Below are positions 18,841 through 27,277 of a stretch of DNA of 53,538 bases, one piece after another. The position numbers were made by a program, and so were the translations under genes. The stretch lies in the NCBI GenBank assembly GCA_946613135.1, contig CAMOFI010000001.1, positions 1 to 53,538 on the forward strand. The letters are read 5' to 3'. The stretch comes from an uncultured Bacteroidales bacterium. Its GTDB lineage: Bacteria > Bacteroidota > Bacteroidia > Bacteroidales > P3. The notes beneath the pieces were generated by a model. It saw only the letters and a program-made list of their open reading frames with translations, ran no database searches and was not told the origin of the DNA. Positions within the stretch are counted from its first letter, which is position 1, and every line of letters begins with the position of its first letter.

Positions 18841-20574
18841 TCAATTCAGCTTGAACGACACCTTCCCGATTTCATATCCATTGGCATAGAGCGTCACCCA
18901 ATAGAGACCGGGGGCCAAGTCTACGTTATCGGCTTTCTTCCATAGCATGGTGATATTGCGTCCATAGCCTGTGAACTCTATTTCTTGTTTCACAGTGTAT
19001 TGCATCTGGACTCCATTCATGTCGAAGCTGTAATTCTCGGGATTGCCGTTGCATACAACACGGTTGGAGGCATTGGCTATACGGGCATATAGGGCAACCG
19101 TTCCCGGGTCTATAACATTATTGTCAAGCAACTTGCAGTCGAGTCTGATAACCTTGGTCTGCGACGCCTTTGAAGTGGGTTTGACTACATTGCCTATCTT
19201 TACACTTTTGCCAGGTGTGACTTTGATGTCCGAAGTAACCAGCACAGAAGCAAGTTTGACCTTCTGTTGCAGGCGCTCGTTCTCGGCAATAAGATCGGCA
19301 CTGGAAGCCACTTTCTCTTTCAGTGTGGCGTTCTCGTTCTTGAGCTGTTCATTCTCTGCTTTGAGGCGTGCAATCTCAGCCTCATAGTTGCTGCACATAG
19401 CCTGGAGTTCGGCTATTTTTGCATTGACGCTGCCTGCTGTCGATTTGCTGCCCGACTGGCTTGCAGCCTTTTCGGCAGCCTTACGGGCTTCAGCAAGGGC
19501 TGCATCCTTGCGCTGTATTTCCTGACGCAGCTGCTCTATTTCAGCACGCTGGCTCGCAATTGTTGCATTAAGGCTCTCCACAGAGCTTGTGTTCTCTGAA
19601 CTTGAACTCTTGAGTGCTTCAAGCTGTGCTGTCAGACTGCTTATTTTTCCAATAAGAATTTCTTTGTCGCTATTGCATTTGGCGATCTGCTCTTCAAGAG
19701 CCTTGGTAGCTTTCTCGCTCGACTTGTCGGCCTGTTGTGACGCAATCTTTTTGTTGGCATCAGCCAATTGCGACTGGGCATCTGACAAGTCTTTCTGGAA
19801 TTTTGCATTCTGTTTTTGGCAGTCCGACAGTTGTGACGAAAGTGTAGATAGCTGACGTTTTGCATCGGCCAGTTCTGCACTTGTTTCGCTTCCCGACTTT
19901 GCCAAGTCGCCGCGCAGCATTTTAATCTCGTTGTTGAGAGACTCTATCTGGCGGTTATATGCGGTGGCCTGGGTTTGCGAAGCATCGAGCTCGCCACTCA
20001 ACTGGGATATACGGCGCTCGTATCCGTCGCGAAGTGCATCACAGTCCTTGGCTCCGCTGCGAAGAGTTGCAATCTCGTTTTCCGACTCTTTCAGCTCTTT
20101 TTTCAGCTGTGCTATTTGTGCTTCCTGGGCTTTTACCTGTCGCTGCATCTGCTCAGCCTTGCCTTCTTTCAGGTTGCCATTATTGACGATGTTTTCCTGT
20201 CTGTCAAGCTCTTTCTGCAGGTTTCTGATAGTAGACTCTTTCTCTTTAAGCTCCTTTTGCAGGCGAGCGATCTTGGCATTGTCCACATTAGCCGGAGCTG
20301 AATTCTGCTTCTTCTGGTTAAGCTGATTGATCAGCTGTTGGATTTCTGCGGCCTGGGCATTGATCGCACTGTCGCGCGAAGCCATCTGCCCCTCGAAACC
20401 AGCATTTTCAATTTTGACCTTTTCGTATCGTTCCATTGTCGCGTCAAGTTGTTTTTGCAACTCGGCGACCATCTCGTCGTTATCATTCGTTCCATTGCAC
20501 GATTGAAAAGCCATAGCTACCGACACGGCAACAAAACCAAAGGCGACTATTCGTTTAAAGCTATTAATTACCAT
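18841..20574 (-). CDS. long coiled-coil lipoprotein with C-terminal beta-rich domain
   Basis: 577 aa. Signal peptide plus lipobox (AMAFQSC). About 400 aa of Q/E/K/L/A-rich heptad-like sequence. Non-coil C-terminal domain of about 140 aa. Its TGA stop is separated by 1 nt from the ATG of the downstream fusion gene. Confidence 0.8.
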   Translation of the reverse strand: MVINSFKRIVAFGFVAVSVAMAFQSCNGTNDNDEMVAELQKQLDATMERYEKVKIENAGFEGQMASRDSAINAQAAEIQQLINQLNQKKQNSAPANVDNAKIARLQKELKEKESTIRNLQKELDRQENIVNNGNLKEGKAEQMQRQVKAQEAQIAQLKKELKESENEIATLRSGAKDCDALRDGYERRISQLSGELDASQTQATAYNRQIESLNNEIKMLRGDLAKSGSETSAELADAKRQLSTLSSQLSDCQKQNAKFQKDLSDAQSQLADANKKIASQQADKSSEKATKALEEQIAKCNSDKEILIGKISSLTAQLEALKSSSSENTSSVESLNATIASQRAEIEQLRQEIQRKDAALAEARKAAEKAASQSGSKSTAGSVNAKIAELQAMCSNYEAEIARLKAENEQLKNENATLKEKVASSADLIAENERLQQKVKLASVLVTSDIKVTPGKSVKIGNVVKPTSKASQTKVIRLDCKLLDNNVIDPGTVALYARIANASNRVVCNGNPENYSFDMNGVQMQYTVKQEIEFTGYGRNITMLWKKADNVDLAPGLYWVTLYANGYEIGKVSFKLN

Positions 20575-20614
20575 ATTATTAGTTATTTTATTTTCTCATT
20601 TCAAAAACAATATC

Positions 20615-20622
20615 TATCTTTG
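20615..20622 (+). promoter_or_regulatory. candidate -7 promoter element TATCTTTG for the plus-strand three-gene island
   Basis: Exact TAnnTTTG match 65 nt upstream of the ATG at 20687. No clear -33 TTTG. Confidence 0.3.
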
Positions 20623-20634
20623 CAAATCAAATTG

Positions 20635-20642
20635 CAAAAGTA
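20635..20642 (-). promoter_or_regulatory. candidate -7 promoter element (TACTTTTG on minus strand) for the coiled-coil/Mur-fusion operon
   Basis: Plus strand reads CAAAAGTA. It lies about 61 nt upstream of the ATG at 20574. Confidence 0.3.
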
Positions 20643-20686
20643 CAACTATTTTTTAAAAAATGATAAGATAAATAATTCCAACCCCG

Positions 20687-21619
20687 ATGTCGAATCATCA
20701 AATAATCAACAAAATCATCAAAATAAACAATATATCAACACTTTACACCACACTAATCTTGTTGATAACATTTTGCGTTGCTTCTCCGCAAGCCATGTCG
20801 CAAAACGGCTGTAACATGTCAAAAAATACAAATAACGGACTTGACGACACATTGGGGTACAAGACTACGTCGCTCATTGTCGGCAGTGGTTTGGGGTATG
20901 GCACCTTCCGCGATATGGGAACAGCTCCCTTCAGCTTCAATGGCATAATGCTGCAACCTCATATAGGAATAGAACTAAGTGGACTGCGGAAATGGCACAC
21001 TAAAGTAGAGTCATTCACCGCTTTCGGTATATTTGAAGACGCCATTAAACCGATAATGAATTTTGGCTCGTTCGACGTAAACAACACATTCAGAGTCAAC
21101 GTCATGAGATGTGTGGCAAAAAGAAACCCTGTCTTTCTCTTTGTCGGTTTAGGTATGGCAAATTATCTTGACGTGACCGTCAATCCCGACTATGAAAATG
21201 CAGCAGCAGGAATCAGCGAGTTCTTCGGCCCTGAAATATCTGCATGTGTGCTGCTCGACCTATCCGCAAAACATGCCACAAACGTTCTGAAATTCAAAAA
21301 AGGGGTACATGCCGAAATGGGACTTACACCATTTGCCGCTGTGCTGAGACCCGGATATGCGTACATAGACAACTACACAGCATCTCATCCTGTACTCGAT
21401 GCCTTGTTTGACAATTTCCAATGGCACATGAAACCTGTTGCAGGAATATACACGAATATCGGCTTTGACATTATCAACGGTCTTGGAAGCCGTATATCAC
21501 TGTCGTACATTTGGTCATACCATTCGTCAGGCAACAACGACATCTGGCGCTACGACCATGCTTCGCACATGCTATTTATTGATTTTATAATTCCTCTCAA
21601 AAACAAAAGTGTGAAATGA
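20687..21619 (+). CDS. hypothetical exported protein, possible outer-membrane beta-barrel
   Basis: 310 aa. Hydrophobic signal-like segment LYTTLILLITFCVASPQAMSQ. Gly/aromatic-rich alternating sequence. The stop overlaps the next gene's start (ATGA). No family recognised. Confidence 0.6.
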   Translation: MSNHQIINKIIKINNISTLYTTLILLITFCVASPQAMSQNGCNMSKNTNNGLDDTLGYKTTSLIVGSGLGYGTFRDMGTAPFSFNGIMLQPHIGIELSGLRKWHTKVESFTAFGIFEDAIKPIMNFGSFDVNNTFRVNVMRCVAKRNPVFLFVGLGMANYLDVTVNPDYENAAAGISEFFGPEISACVLLDLSAKHATNVLKFKKGVHAEMGLTPFAAVLRPGYAYIDNYTASHPVLDALFDNFQWHMKPVAGIYTNIGFDIINGLGSRISLSYIWSYHSSGNNDIWRYDHASHMLFIDFIIPLKNKSVK

Positions 21620-22647
21620 ACAAGAGACTTGCAATACCAATATGTTTTTTTCTGTCGGCATTTTTCTCAGGATGCGAAAAAATACTCATGTCTGAAGATG
21701 CCGACCCATCGCCTGTCGCAGTATTCGAGTATTTATGGAAGCAGGTCGACGAACGCTATTCTCTTTTCGACGTCAAGCAGGTGGACTGGGACAAGATGCA
21801 CGACAGTCTGCGACCACAGGTATACAACACAATGTCGGACGACAGTCTTTTTGCGGTATTGAGAAAAATGCTAAACAGCCTTGACGACGGGCATGTAAAC
21901 CTTTGGGGCAATAACGATGTAGCCAGCAGCGAAGCAATATTCCTACAGAAATACGGCAAATCAAATTTCGACATAAACACTGTGGCCCTCTCCTACCTGC
22001 GTGCCGACTACCACACCACCGGCGGAATGGCTTACAACACTATCGACTCTGGACGTGTATTGTATATCCGTTACAGTTCCTTCAGCAGCTCTGCATCCCC
22101 AAGCCAACTGAGAACCATACTGAAACGATATCCGGACATCGACGGAATCGTTTTCGACATCAGACAAAACGGTGGTGGCGAAATCCAGAATGAATGGAAC
22201 ATCATGTCCATCCTTCCAAGCCAGGAGCAAATGCTTTACTCCACACAACTCAAGAACGGGAAATCCCATTTCGCTTTTTCAGAGCCCGTAACCGTATATG
22301 CTCCGCAAAACAAAGACTCTGACATTTTTCACAAACCTTTTATCCTGCTAACAGACAGAGGATGTTACAGCGCCGCTTCAAGTTTTGCCTTATGCCTTAA
22401 AAGCTTTAAAAATGTCACTGTCGTCGGCGACACTACCGCTGGAGGACTCGGCATTCCGGCCGGAGGCGCTCTGCCAAACGGCTGGCACTACCGCTTTGGC
22501 GTAAGCCGCATATTGGCACCTGACGGAATCAACTACGAAAACGGTGTCCCTCCCGACCGCACAATCATGCTCGACCCCTCCGCATTAGCCAACAGGCGCG
22601 ACAACATCATTGATTCTGCATGCAGCATAATAAGAGAATTAAAGTAA
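21616..22647 (+). CDS. S41 family peptidase lipoprotein
   Basis: 343 aa. Lipobox FFSGC. S41 motifs DIRQNGGGE, TDRGCYSAASSFA and VVGDTTAGG. Confidence 0.8.
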   Translation: MNKRLAIPICFFLSAFFSGCEKILMSEDADPSPVAVFEYLWKQVDERYSLFDVKQVDWDKMHDSLRPQVYNTMSDDSLFAVLRKMLNSLDDGHVNLWGNNDVASSEAIFLQKYGKSNFDINTVALSYLRADYHTTGGMAYNTIDSGRVLYIRYSSFSSSASPSQLRTILKRYPDIDGIVFDIRQNGGGEIQNEWNIMSILPSQEQMLYSTQLKNGKSHFAFSEPVTVYAPQNKDSDIFHKPFILLTDRGCYSAASSFALCLKSFKNVTVVGDTTAGGLGIPAGGALPNGWHYRFGVSRILAPDGINYENGVPPDRTIMLDPSALANRRDNIIDSACSIIRELK

Positions 22648-22676
22648 ACAACAAGAACATCAAAAACAACAAAATA

Positions 22677-25361
22677 ATGAATCTTTCCGACTTTCTGATA
22701 CGAGCAAGCTATCCGAACTATTTCATGGTGAAAAAATATGCCGACATGGGGCGGGAAATATTCAATCGCAACATCGAGGACAAAGACAACCAACTGAAAG
22801 GCAACAAACCAGGCACGGTGATCTATAACCTCGATGACGGAAGCCGTCACGAATTTCCTCCGAGATGGTATGACATGTATTATTTGCTGCGGCAACGAGC
22901 CGACAACCGCAAACGCTACCTTGAGTTGCTTCTGAGAGAACGTTATGGCGAACAGCTTTGCGACAGTAACGGCAACGCTCATCCTGCAACAAACAAGATT
23001 CCAGAATTAGAGACTATCAGGAACAATTTCAGAGAAACATGTATACAATATGTTGCCGACAATCCACTGGTAAACAGCCCCGACTTGATAACAACACTCG
23101 TGGAAGGCGATTTCAGCGACGAACAAATAAGCTACAAGGGGCGTATGCTCCTTGACCTCACACGCAACTGCTATCCTGTTCCCGACTTCTGCATCCTTAC
23201 CTCCAACGCTTTTCAGAAAGAAGACCAACTCGAGCAACTCCTCGAACAAGCCATTGCCAACCTTGAAGTGATGACTGCTTATAAATTAGGCAGTTCCGAC
23301 AACCCGCTTGTTTTTGCCATACGATGTGCTATGCCACAATACATACCCGGACTGATGCCGACACTGCTCAATATCGGCGTCACTCGCGATGCCTACAAAG
23401 GTCTTCTCAGACATCACGCACGTTCCATGGCCAATCGTGTATACCTGAGCACCTTACACACCATCAGCGAGATGCTCTCGATCGAGAAAAAATACGACCG
23501 AAATGACATAGAACTCACAACTGACGAGCAAGAGGCACGCATCAAGACCATGGAAAAATCCATTATCAGCGCACGGGAAGATGGAGAACGCCTTCTTTGC
23601 GACGCCCATTACCAAGCCCTGAAACTTGTCGAATATGTACGAGCATTCTATATAGACAATCAAGACCTAATCCTGACCTTCATGCAAGGCAAACAAGCCT
23701 ACCCCTCGCTTATACTGCAGCGTATGGTATGGACTATAGGCAACGAGGAATCCTATCCCGGCGTACTCTACAGCCATCACAGCCGCACAGGACAAGGACG
23801 GCAAGTGGAAAGCTACCGTAACATTTTTGGCGAGGAAATCATGACTGGCGACGTGACTTCTATTGACATTTCGTATACTGACAGAAACGAAATAAAAACG
23901 GAATATCCTGCAGTATTTCACTTCGACCCGCTGCTCGATTCGCTCGAAGAGAAACTCAAATCGCCTGTAACAATAGAATTTGCCGTCGAGACACGGCCTC
24001 AAAAGACGAGTCTCTTCGCTGTCCTTCAGCTGAACATGTCAGAAATGACAGGTCGGGCCGCTCTTATTTCATCAATCGACTTGCTGAACCGCGGAATGAT
24101 TGAGGAACACGATGTCACCTCACTAATAAAACCGTACCATCTACGCCAGATTGTCAGCAACTCAATAGACGATCGTTCCATGTCTCATCTCGACTTTTTC
24201 GGACGCGGGCTCAGCGTACTGCCTCGCACAGCAATTTCGGCGACACTCTGTTTCAGTGCACAAAAAGCACAGGAACTCAAGAAAAACGGAGTGGCCGTAT
24301 GTCTCTGCCAAGAACGCTTTGTGCCCGAGGACACCATCACCCTTGGCGAAATCGACGCCATACTTAGCATGACACCTGCCGCCATCCATGTCGTCACCGC
24401 ATGTCGCGGTTACGGCATTCCGGCACTGATGAATCTGCAAAATTATGGCATACACAAAGTCGGCAACAAGATAGTCAACAACAATGGATTGGAAATCTAC
24501 GAGAACGATCCTGTGACCATCTCAAGCAAACATCAGACCATATACAAGGGCATTGCCGACTTCAAGCCTGCACGATTCACAAAATACATAAATGGAGAAA
24601 AAGTCAAACTGGAACCTGACGAGGTGAAGTTTTTCGAGGACATGAAACAAGCCTATTCCCGCTACCAGGATATTGTCACTTCCGACAAAGCCTCATTTAT
24701 TACCGACATCAACAAACTGGCAAGACTGATACGCTGCGACCTGCAAGACAAGCCAGAAACAGCACGCAACATTGTCAATGCATGGTACAGCGGCAATGCA
24801 GACCTGTACATCAAACAGGTTCTCGAAAGCAAGATGGGCGACCACCAAGACCAGTCAAGAGTATTCAACCTGCTTTCGAACGACAGGAAAGTCGACTTTT
24901 TCAAACGAGCCTCAAAACAGTGCATCGACAATGGCATGAACGGCTTGAAAGCAGGTGCTTTCATGCTTGGAAGATTTGTCGCACGTCCACTGCCTACTGC
25001 CATTTGGAACCTACTGAGCGACCAGACAGTGGCTTTTCTGCTCAACGAATATGTCCTATACGAGAAATACCTCCACGTACTCGAGGAGGTTGGAGAGATA
25101 AGGCTGGCACGAGCTCACTCGAAAATCGAGACTGAAGGTATCGACAATATGATAATAAACAACTTCAACCTATATACTTTCGTCACCCTCCTGGATTCAA
25201 GCCACGACTGGGACAATGTCTGCAAAGAACTGGAGCAATTGGACCATCAAGACAACACCCATCTGCTTGTCGAGAAACTGAGCCATCCCATAGACGAAAT
25301 ATTCGACACGAAAAAGTCATGGGTCGCCTATGAGATAGAGAACTACAGGAAAATCCAATAG
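22677..25361 (+). CDS. pyruvate,phosphate-dikinase-like protein (ATP-grasp + phosphohistidine swivel domain) with non-canonical N- and C-terminal regions
   Basis: The ORF is open from ATG 22620, but that start overlaps the S41 gene by 28 nt, so I prefer the ATG at 22677 (MNLSDFL). PPDK-like blocks: YKGRMLLDLTRNCYPVPDF, SDNPLVFAIRCAMPQYIPGLMPTLLNIG, FGEEIMTG, IEFAV...LQLN. Swivel motif TPAAIHVVTACRGYGIP has its His codon at 24387-24389. The last roughly 260 aa show none of the PEP/pyruvate TIM-barrel motifs. Confidence 0.8.
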   Translation: MNLSDFLIRASYPNYFMVKKYADMGREIFNRNIEDKDNQLKGNKPGTVIYNLDDGSRHEFPPRWYDMYYLLRQRADNRKRYLELLLRERYGEQLCDSNGNAHPATNKIPELETIRNNFRETCIQYVADNPLVNSPDLITTLVEGDFSDEQISYKGRMLLDLTRNCYPVPDFCILTSNAFQKEDQLEQLLEQAIANLEVMTAYKLGSSDNPLVFAIRCAMPQYIPGLMPTLLNIGVTRDAYKGLLRHHARSMANRVYLSTLHTISEMLSIEKKYDRNDIELTTDEQEARIKTMEKSIISAREDGERLLCDAHYQALKLVEYVRAFYIDNQDLILTFMQGKQAYPSLILQRMVWTIGNEESYPGVLYSHHSRTGQGRQVESYRNIFGEEIMTGDVTSIDISYTDRNEIKTEYPAVFHFDPLLDSLEEKLKSPVTIEFAVETRPQKTSLFAVLQLNMSEMTGRAALISSIDLLNRGMIEEHDVTSLIKPYHLRQIVSNSIDDRSMSHLDFFGRGLSVLPRTAISATLCFSAQKAQELKKNGVAVCLCQERFVPEDTITLGEIDAILSMTPAAIHVVTACRGYGIPALMNLQNYGIHKVGNKIVNNNGLEIYENDPVTISSKHQTIYKGIADFKPARFTKYINGEKVKLEPDEVKFFEDMKQAYSRYQDIVTSDKASFITDINKLARLIRCDLQDKPETARNIVNAWYSGNADLYIKQVLESKMGDHQDQSRVFNLLSNDRKVDFFKRASKQCIDNGMNGLKAGAFMLGRFVARPLPTAIWNLLSDQTVAFLLNEYVLYEKYLHVLEEVGEIRLARAHSKIETEGIDNMIINNFNLYTFVTLLDSSHDWDNVCKELEQLDHQDNTHLLVEKLSHPIDEIFDTKKSWVAYEIENYRKIQ

Positions 25362-25437
25362 TTACCGACTCTCACTGTCGGAAACAAACGCCACGCCTAA
25401 GCGAAGCACACATGCAAAAGCATACGATGGAACCAGA

Positions 25438-26043
25438 CTAATGCAGATCGACACCGATAATATGCATGAATTCCTCTCGCGTTTTAGGACTGTTGAGGAA
25501 AGCGCCAGTAAAGTCGGAAGTGGTCGTGACAGAGTTCTGCTTCTGCACACCACGCATAGACATACACATATGCTGCGCCTCGATAACCACAGCCACTCCT
25601 AACGGCTGCAATGTTTCCTGAATACAATCCTTAATCTGCTTGGTAAGTCTTTCCTGCACCTGCAGACGACGGGCGTAGGCATCCACTACCCTCGGTATTT
25701 TAGAAAGGCCCACAATCGTACCGTTAGGGATATAGGCAACATGTGCCTTGCCTACAAACGGCACCATATGATGTTCGCATAGCGAATACAACTCTATGTC
25801 TTTTACTACAACCATCTGCTTATAGTCTTCGTGGAACATGGCCGACCGCAAAATCTCCTCGGGGTCCAGATCATATCCATTGGTAAAAAACAGCATAGCC
25901 TTTGCTATACGCTCTGGCGACTTGATGAGGCCTTCGCGTTCGGGATTCTCTCCCAGCAAGCGGATGATCTCCTTATAGTGCGTTGCCAGTTCCGAAACAC
26001 ATTTTTCGTCATACTGGTCTATTTTCAGGTATCCTTTTTCCAT
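25438..26043 (-). CDS. folE: GTP cyclohydrolase I
   Basis: 201 aa. Motifs CEHHMVPF and VQERLT. Confidence 0.95.
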   Translation of the reverse strand: MEKGYLKIDQYDEKCVSELATHYKEIIRLLGENPEREGLIKSPERIAKAMLFFTNGYDLDPEEILRSAMFHEDYKQMVVVKDIELYSLCEHHMVPFVGKAHVAYIPNGTIVGLSKIPRVVDAYARRLQVQERLTKQIKDCIQETLQPLGVAVVIEAQHMCMSMRGVQKQNSVTTTSDFTGAFLNSPKTREEFMHIIGVDLH

Positions 26044-26089
26044 TTCTAATATGTTATGCTACATTATAAGAATTAACTTGTTCACGTCA

Positions 26090-27277
26090 CTATTCTATTT
26101 CCACGAGAAGGCCTTTAAGATACTCTCCTTCCGGATGGAAAATGCTGACAGGATGGTCTATGGCATGTGGCAACTGGCGGACAATCCTCACATTACGGCC
26201 AGCGTTGGCAGAGGCAGAAAAGAGCATGGTCTGAAAATCGTCCCGGCTTACAGCTTGCGAACAGCTGAATGTGAACAGAAGTCCTCCAGACTTTATCTTC
26301 TCTATAGCTTTTTGGTTTATGCTACGATAGCCTTTCAATCCATGTTGCAACGAACGGTGGTTCTTGGCAAAGGCTGGCGGGTCGAGGACTATAACATCAA
26401 AATTGTCGTCAACAGTATCGAGATACTTAAGCACATCGGCCACAACACCTTTGTGTCTGGTCAAAGCCTCATTAGAGTCAAGATTCAATGCCACATTTCT
26501 GTTACACAACTCTATAGCCTTCTTCGATATATCGACAGTCTCTACATATTCCGCACCACCATTTAAAGCTCCAAGCGAGAACCCGCCTGTATATCCAAAA
26601 CAGTTAAGTACACGGCGCCCCGCAGAGAGACTTCCCACCAGACGGCGGTTTTCTCTCTGATCGATGAAAAAACCCGTCTTCTGTCCTTCGACAAAATTAA
26701 CATTCAGCAGAATGCCATTCTCTCTGACAAGACGTTCCTCCTGCATTTCGCCCCAAAGAAACGTGTCTTGACTGCCTCCCGGCACTGTCGCACTACTCTT
26801 ATCGAATATGCTCTTAAGCCCATCATTGGCCAAGAGTTCGACAAACATCTGCGAAAGCCTGTCGAACATTCTATGCATACCCACACTGTGTGCCTGCATA
26901 ACCAGTGTGCCTGCGTACCAGTCGCACACCAAACCCGGCATCCCATCACCTTCGCCGTTTACGAGTCTGAACACTGTAGTATTAGTGTCGGAGAAGAAAC
27001 CAAATCGTTTTCTAAACTCGATAGCAGACTTCAACCTACACTTTATGAAACTATCGTCAACTTCCTTTGTATCAAACGATAGAATCTTACAAACAATGGA
27101 ATCGTTTTGGTAATGGCCAACAGCCATCCAGCGACCGTCAGCAGAAATCACATCCACGATGTCGCCTTCAGAAGGAGTGCCTACCGTTCGCTTGACGGCA
27201 CCCGAGAAAAGCCATGGATGTTTTCTCAGCAACGATTTCTCTTTGCCGTGTGCAAGTATCAGCTGCGGCCTGTTCAT
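26090..27277 (-). CDS. rlmI: class I SAM-dependent rRNA methyltransferase (RlmI-like, PUA + MTase)
   Basis: 395 aa. N-terminal PUA-like region. SAM-binding VLNCFGYTGGFS and VLDPPAF motif. Confidence 0.8.
   Translation of the reverse strand: MNRPQLILAHGKEKSLLRKHPWLFSGAVKRTVGTPSEGDIVDVISADGRWMAVGHYQNDSIVCKILSFDTKEVDDSFIKCRLKSAIEFRKRFGFFSDTNTTVFRLVNGEGDGMPGLVCDWYAGTLVMQAHSVGMHRMFDRLSQMFVELLANDGLKSIFDKSSATVPGGSQDTFLWGEMQEERLVRENGILLNVNFVEGQKTGFFIDQRENRRLVGSLSAGRRVLNCFGYTGGFSLGALNGGAEYVETVDISKKAIELCNRNVALNLDSNEALTRHKGVVADVLKYLDTVDDNFDVIVLDPPAFAKNHRSLQHGLKGYRSINQKAIEKIKSGGLLFTFSCSQAVSRDDFQTMLFSASANAGRNVRIVRQLPHAIDHPVSIFHPEGEYLKGLLVEIE

Noticed and set aside
22620-22676. Upstream ATG at 22620 as the start of the PPDK-like gene (the 913-aa version in the ORF track).
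   Set aside because: It would overlap the S41 peptidase gene by 28 nt and add a Lys/Asn-rich 19-aa leader (MQHNKRIKVNNKNIKNNKI) encoded by an A-rich stretch. That stretch looks like an untranslated leader. The ATG at 22677 is preferred, but 22620 cannot be excluded without experimental data.
25362-25437. Possible terminator hairpin (CCGAC-N7-GTCGG) between the convergent PPDK-like gene and folE.
   Set aside because: The stem is only 5 bp and has no adjacent T/A tracts, which is too weak to call.
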